From Octopus sinensis (Eukaryota), in contig NC_042999.1 in assembly GCF_006345805.1 (NCBI RefSeq), positions 112,964,001 through 113,028,000 on the forward strand: 64,000 bases of DNA. The letters run 5' to 3'. A program made the position numbers and the translations under genes. Each line of letters starts with the position of its first letter. The stretch's first letter is position 1. This document shows, one piece after another, positions 62,588 to 64,000 of this stretch. The notes under the pieces are model-generated. The model made no database searches, was not told the origin of the DNA, and saw nothing but the letters and a program-made list of their open reading frames with translations.

Positions 62588-64000
62588 CAGTGGCGGCCAA
62601 AATATTCAGAACGACATTGTTTTCGCCAGAAAAGTAGATATAATTTTTTATCAAAGTTGTTTTATATTCTATAATTTTCACAGACAATAAATACAATATT
62701 ATTTGTTATTGTCTGAGATTTTGGTGTAATTTGAGAGGATAATACAAAAGTTATGGATGATTTAGTGATTTACTGCAAAACCCATGGCGGCCAAAATGAT
62801 CAGAACGGTTGCTTTTACTCCGTGTTTTAGTATATTTAACAGCGAACTCTAATGTTTTGAATTTGTTTACGTGACGGTTCGTTTACTAAACATTAGTAAG
62901 AATATTTGCAGTGTACTTTGTTAATATAATGCCACTTACTCCGTTACCAATTCGTCAGCAGATTATTAAGCTTCGAAGGAAGAATAATTTAAGTATTGGA
63001 TCTATTGCAAAGATTATTAACAAGTCAAAAAGTGTTGTACACGGTATTCTTAAGGTCTACGATGATTGTGGTTCGTGTGAAGCAAGAACGTTTACAGGTA
63101 GGCCAAGAAAAACGACCAAGAGAGAAGATCGTGCTATGGTAAAGTTGGTTAAAAAGGACAGATTTAAAACTGCTGCTGCTGTTTCTCGGAAAATGAGCAT
63201 TGTATTGAAGAAAACTTTATCTCGAAAAACTGTGTCTCGTCGTTTAGTTGAACATGACCTACAAGCAAGAGCACCTGCAGTGAAGCCACTGATCAGCTCC
63301 AAGAATAAAAAGTGTCGTCTTACCTTTGCAACCAAACATGTGTTGTGGTCTCAAGAAAAATGGCAAACGGTGCATTTCAGTGATGAATCTAAGTTTATTT
63401 TATTTGGCTCAAATGGGAAAAGGTACGTTCGTAGAAAAGTAGGTGAAAAATTGTCGCCTAAATGCCTTAAGACTAGTGTTAAATTCGGTGGAGGAAGTGT
63501 CATGGTTTGGGGGATGATATCTGGAGATGGTGTGGGCCTTTTGGTGCGATTACATGGAAAGGTAAATGCAGGAGTTTATAAACAACTTGTAAAAGATCAT
63601 GTCTTGCCTGTGCTGAGAAATTCAACTAAGCGACCACCCATATTCATGCAGGACAATGCCCCATGTCACAAGGCTAAGGTGGTCATGAACTTCCTCAAGG
63701 CTGAAACGGTTATTGTTATGGATTGGCCTGCTCAAAGCCCAGATCTCAATCCTATTGAAAATGTATGGAATATTCTAGGAGAACGTTCGAAAGCCAGAAT
63801 CCTAAAACAACTGAGCAATTATGGAATGCCCTTCAGGAAGAATGGAATAAGATCACCCAGCAAGAAATTGAAAATTTAATTTCCTCATGCAGTCGAAGAT
63901 GTCAGAGTGTGATTGAAGCTAAAGGGCTTCACACTAAATATTAAATATTTCCAGTATTCTCTGTCATTTTTGATTATTTTGTTATTTTTTTCAACCGTTC
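62588..64000 (+). mobile_element. Tc1-family DNA transposon, IR/DR-type ends, right end beyond the window
   Basis: TA|CAGTGGCGGCCAAAATATTCAGAACG at 62588; inner direct repeat TGGCGGCCAAAATGATCAGAACGGTTG at 62785-62811; the window ends in CAACCGTTC, the reverse complement of the inner repeat's end. Confidence 0.93.
62929..63944 (+). CDS. Tc1 DD34E transposase with one frameshift near 63795
   Basis: Paired-like HTH, GRPRKTT AT-hook, FSDESKF, VMVWG, FMQDNAPCH with exactly 34 residues to the E of SPDLNPIENVW. The C-terminus (NPKTTEQLWNALQEEWNKI...RRCQSVIEAKGLHTKY*) is in the alternate frame. Confidence 0.92.

Overview
AT-rich, microsatellite-dense animal genomic DNA. It is most likely from an octopus or other cephalopod; this is inferred from a mollusc-type mitochondrial 16S fragment and the SINE families present. 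I could not support any host protein-coding exon, so the window looks intergenic or intronic, and most listed ORFs are microsatellite artefacts. Recognisable retroelements: two or three RTE-clade LINE relics, three 5'-truncated copies of a CR1-group LINE, a degraded R4/Dong-like RLE LINE whose 3' end abuts an (AAT)n tract, a Penelope-like (PLE) RT relic, and at least four tRNA-derived SINE families. Recognisable DNA elements: three Tc1/mariner elements (one nearly intact DD34E transposase, running off the window end) and several foldback/MITE-like inverted repeats. Most notable observations: (i) type I hammerhead ribozyme motifs with palindromic stem III in PLE-type terminal repeats (9114-9148, 30391-30478, 52854-52892); (ii) a mitochondrial 16S rRNA fragment fused in the same polarity to one hammerhead-bearing repeat, suggesting an RNA-mediated NUMT; (iii) a 3' tail shared between the CR1-group LINE and a SINE family; (iv) a PHD-type C4HC3 finger inside an RTE reverse transcriptase; (v) a SINE trimer bracketed by a single 15-bp TSD. 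All alignments and folds were done by eye, family names rest on remembered motifs rather than database searches, and element boundaries are approximate unless a TSD or TIR is quoted.
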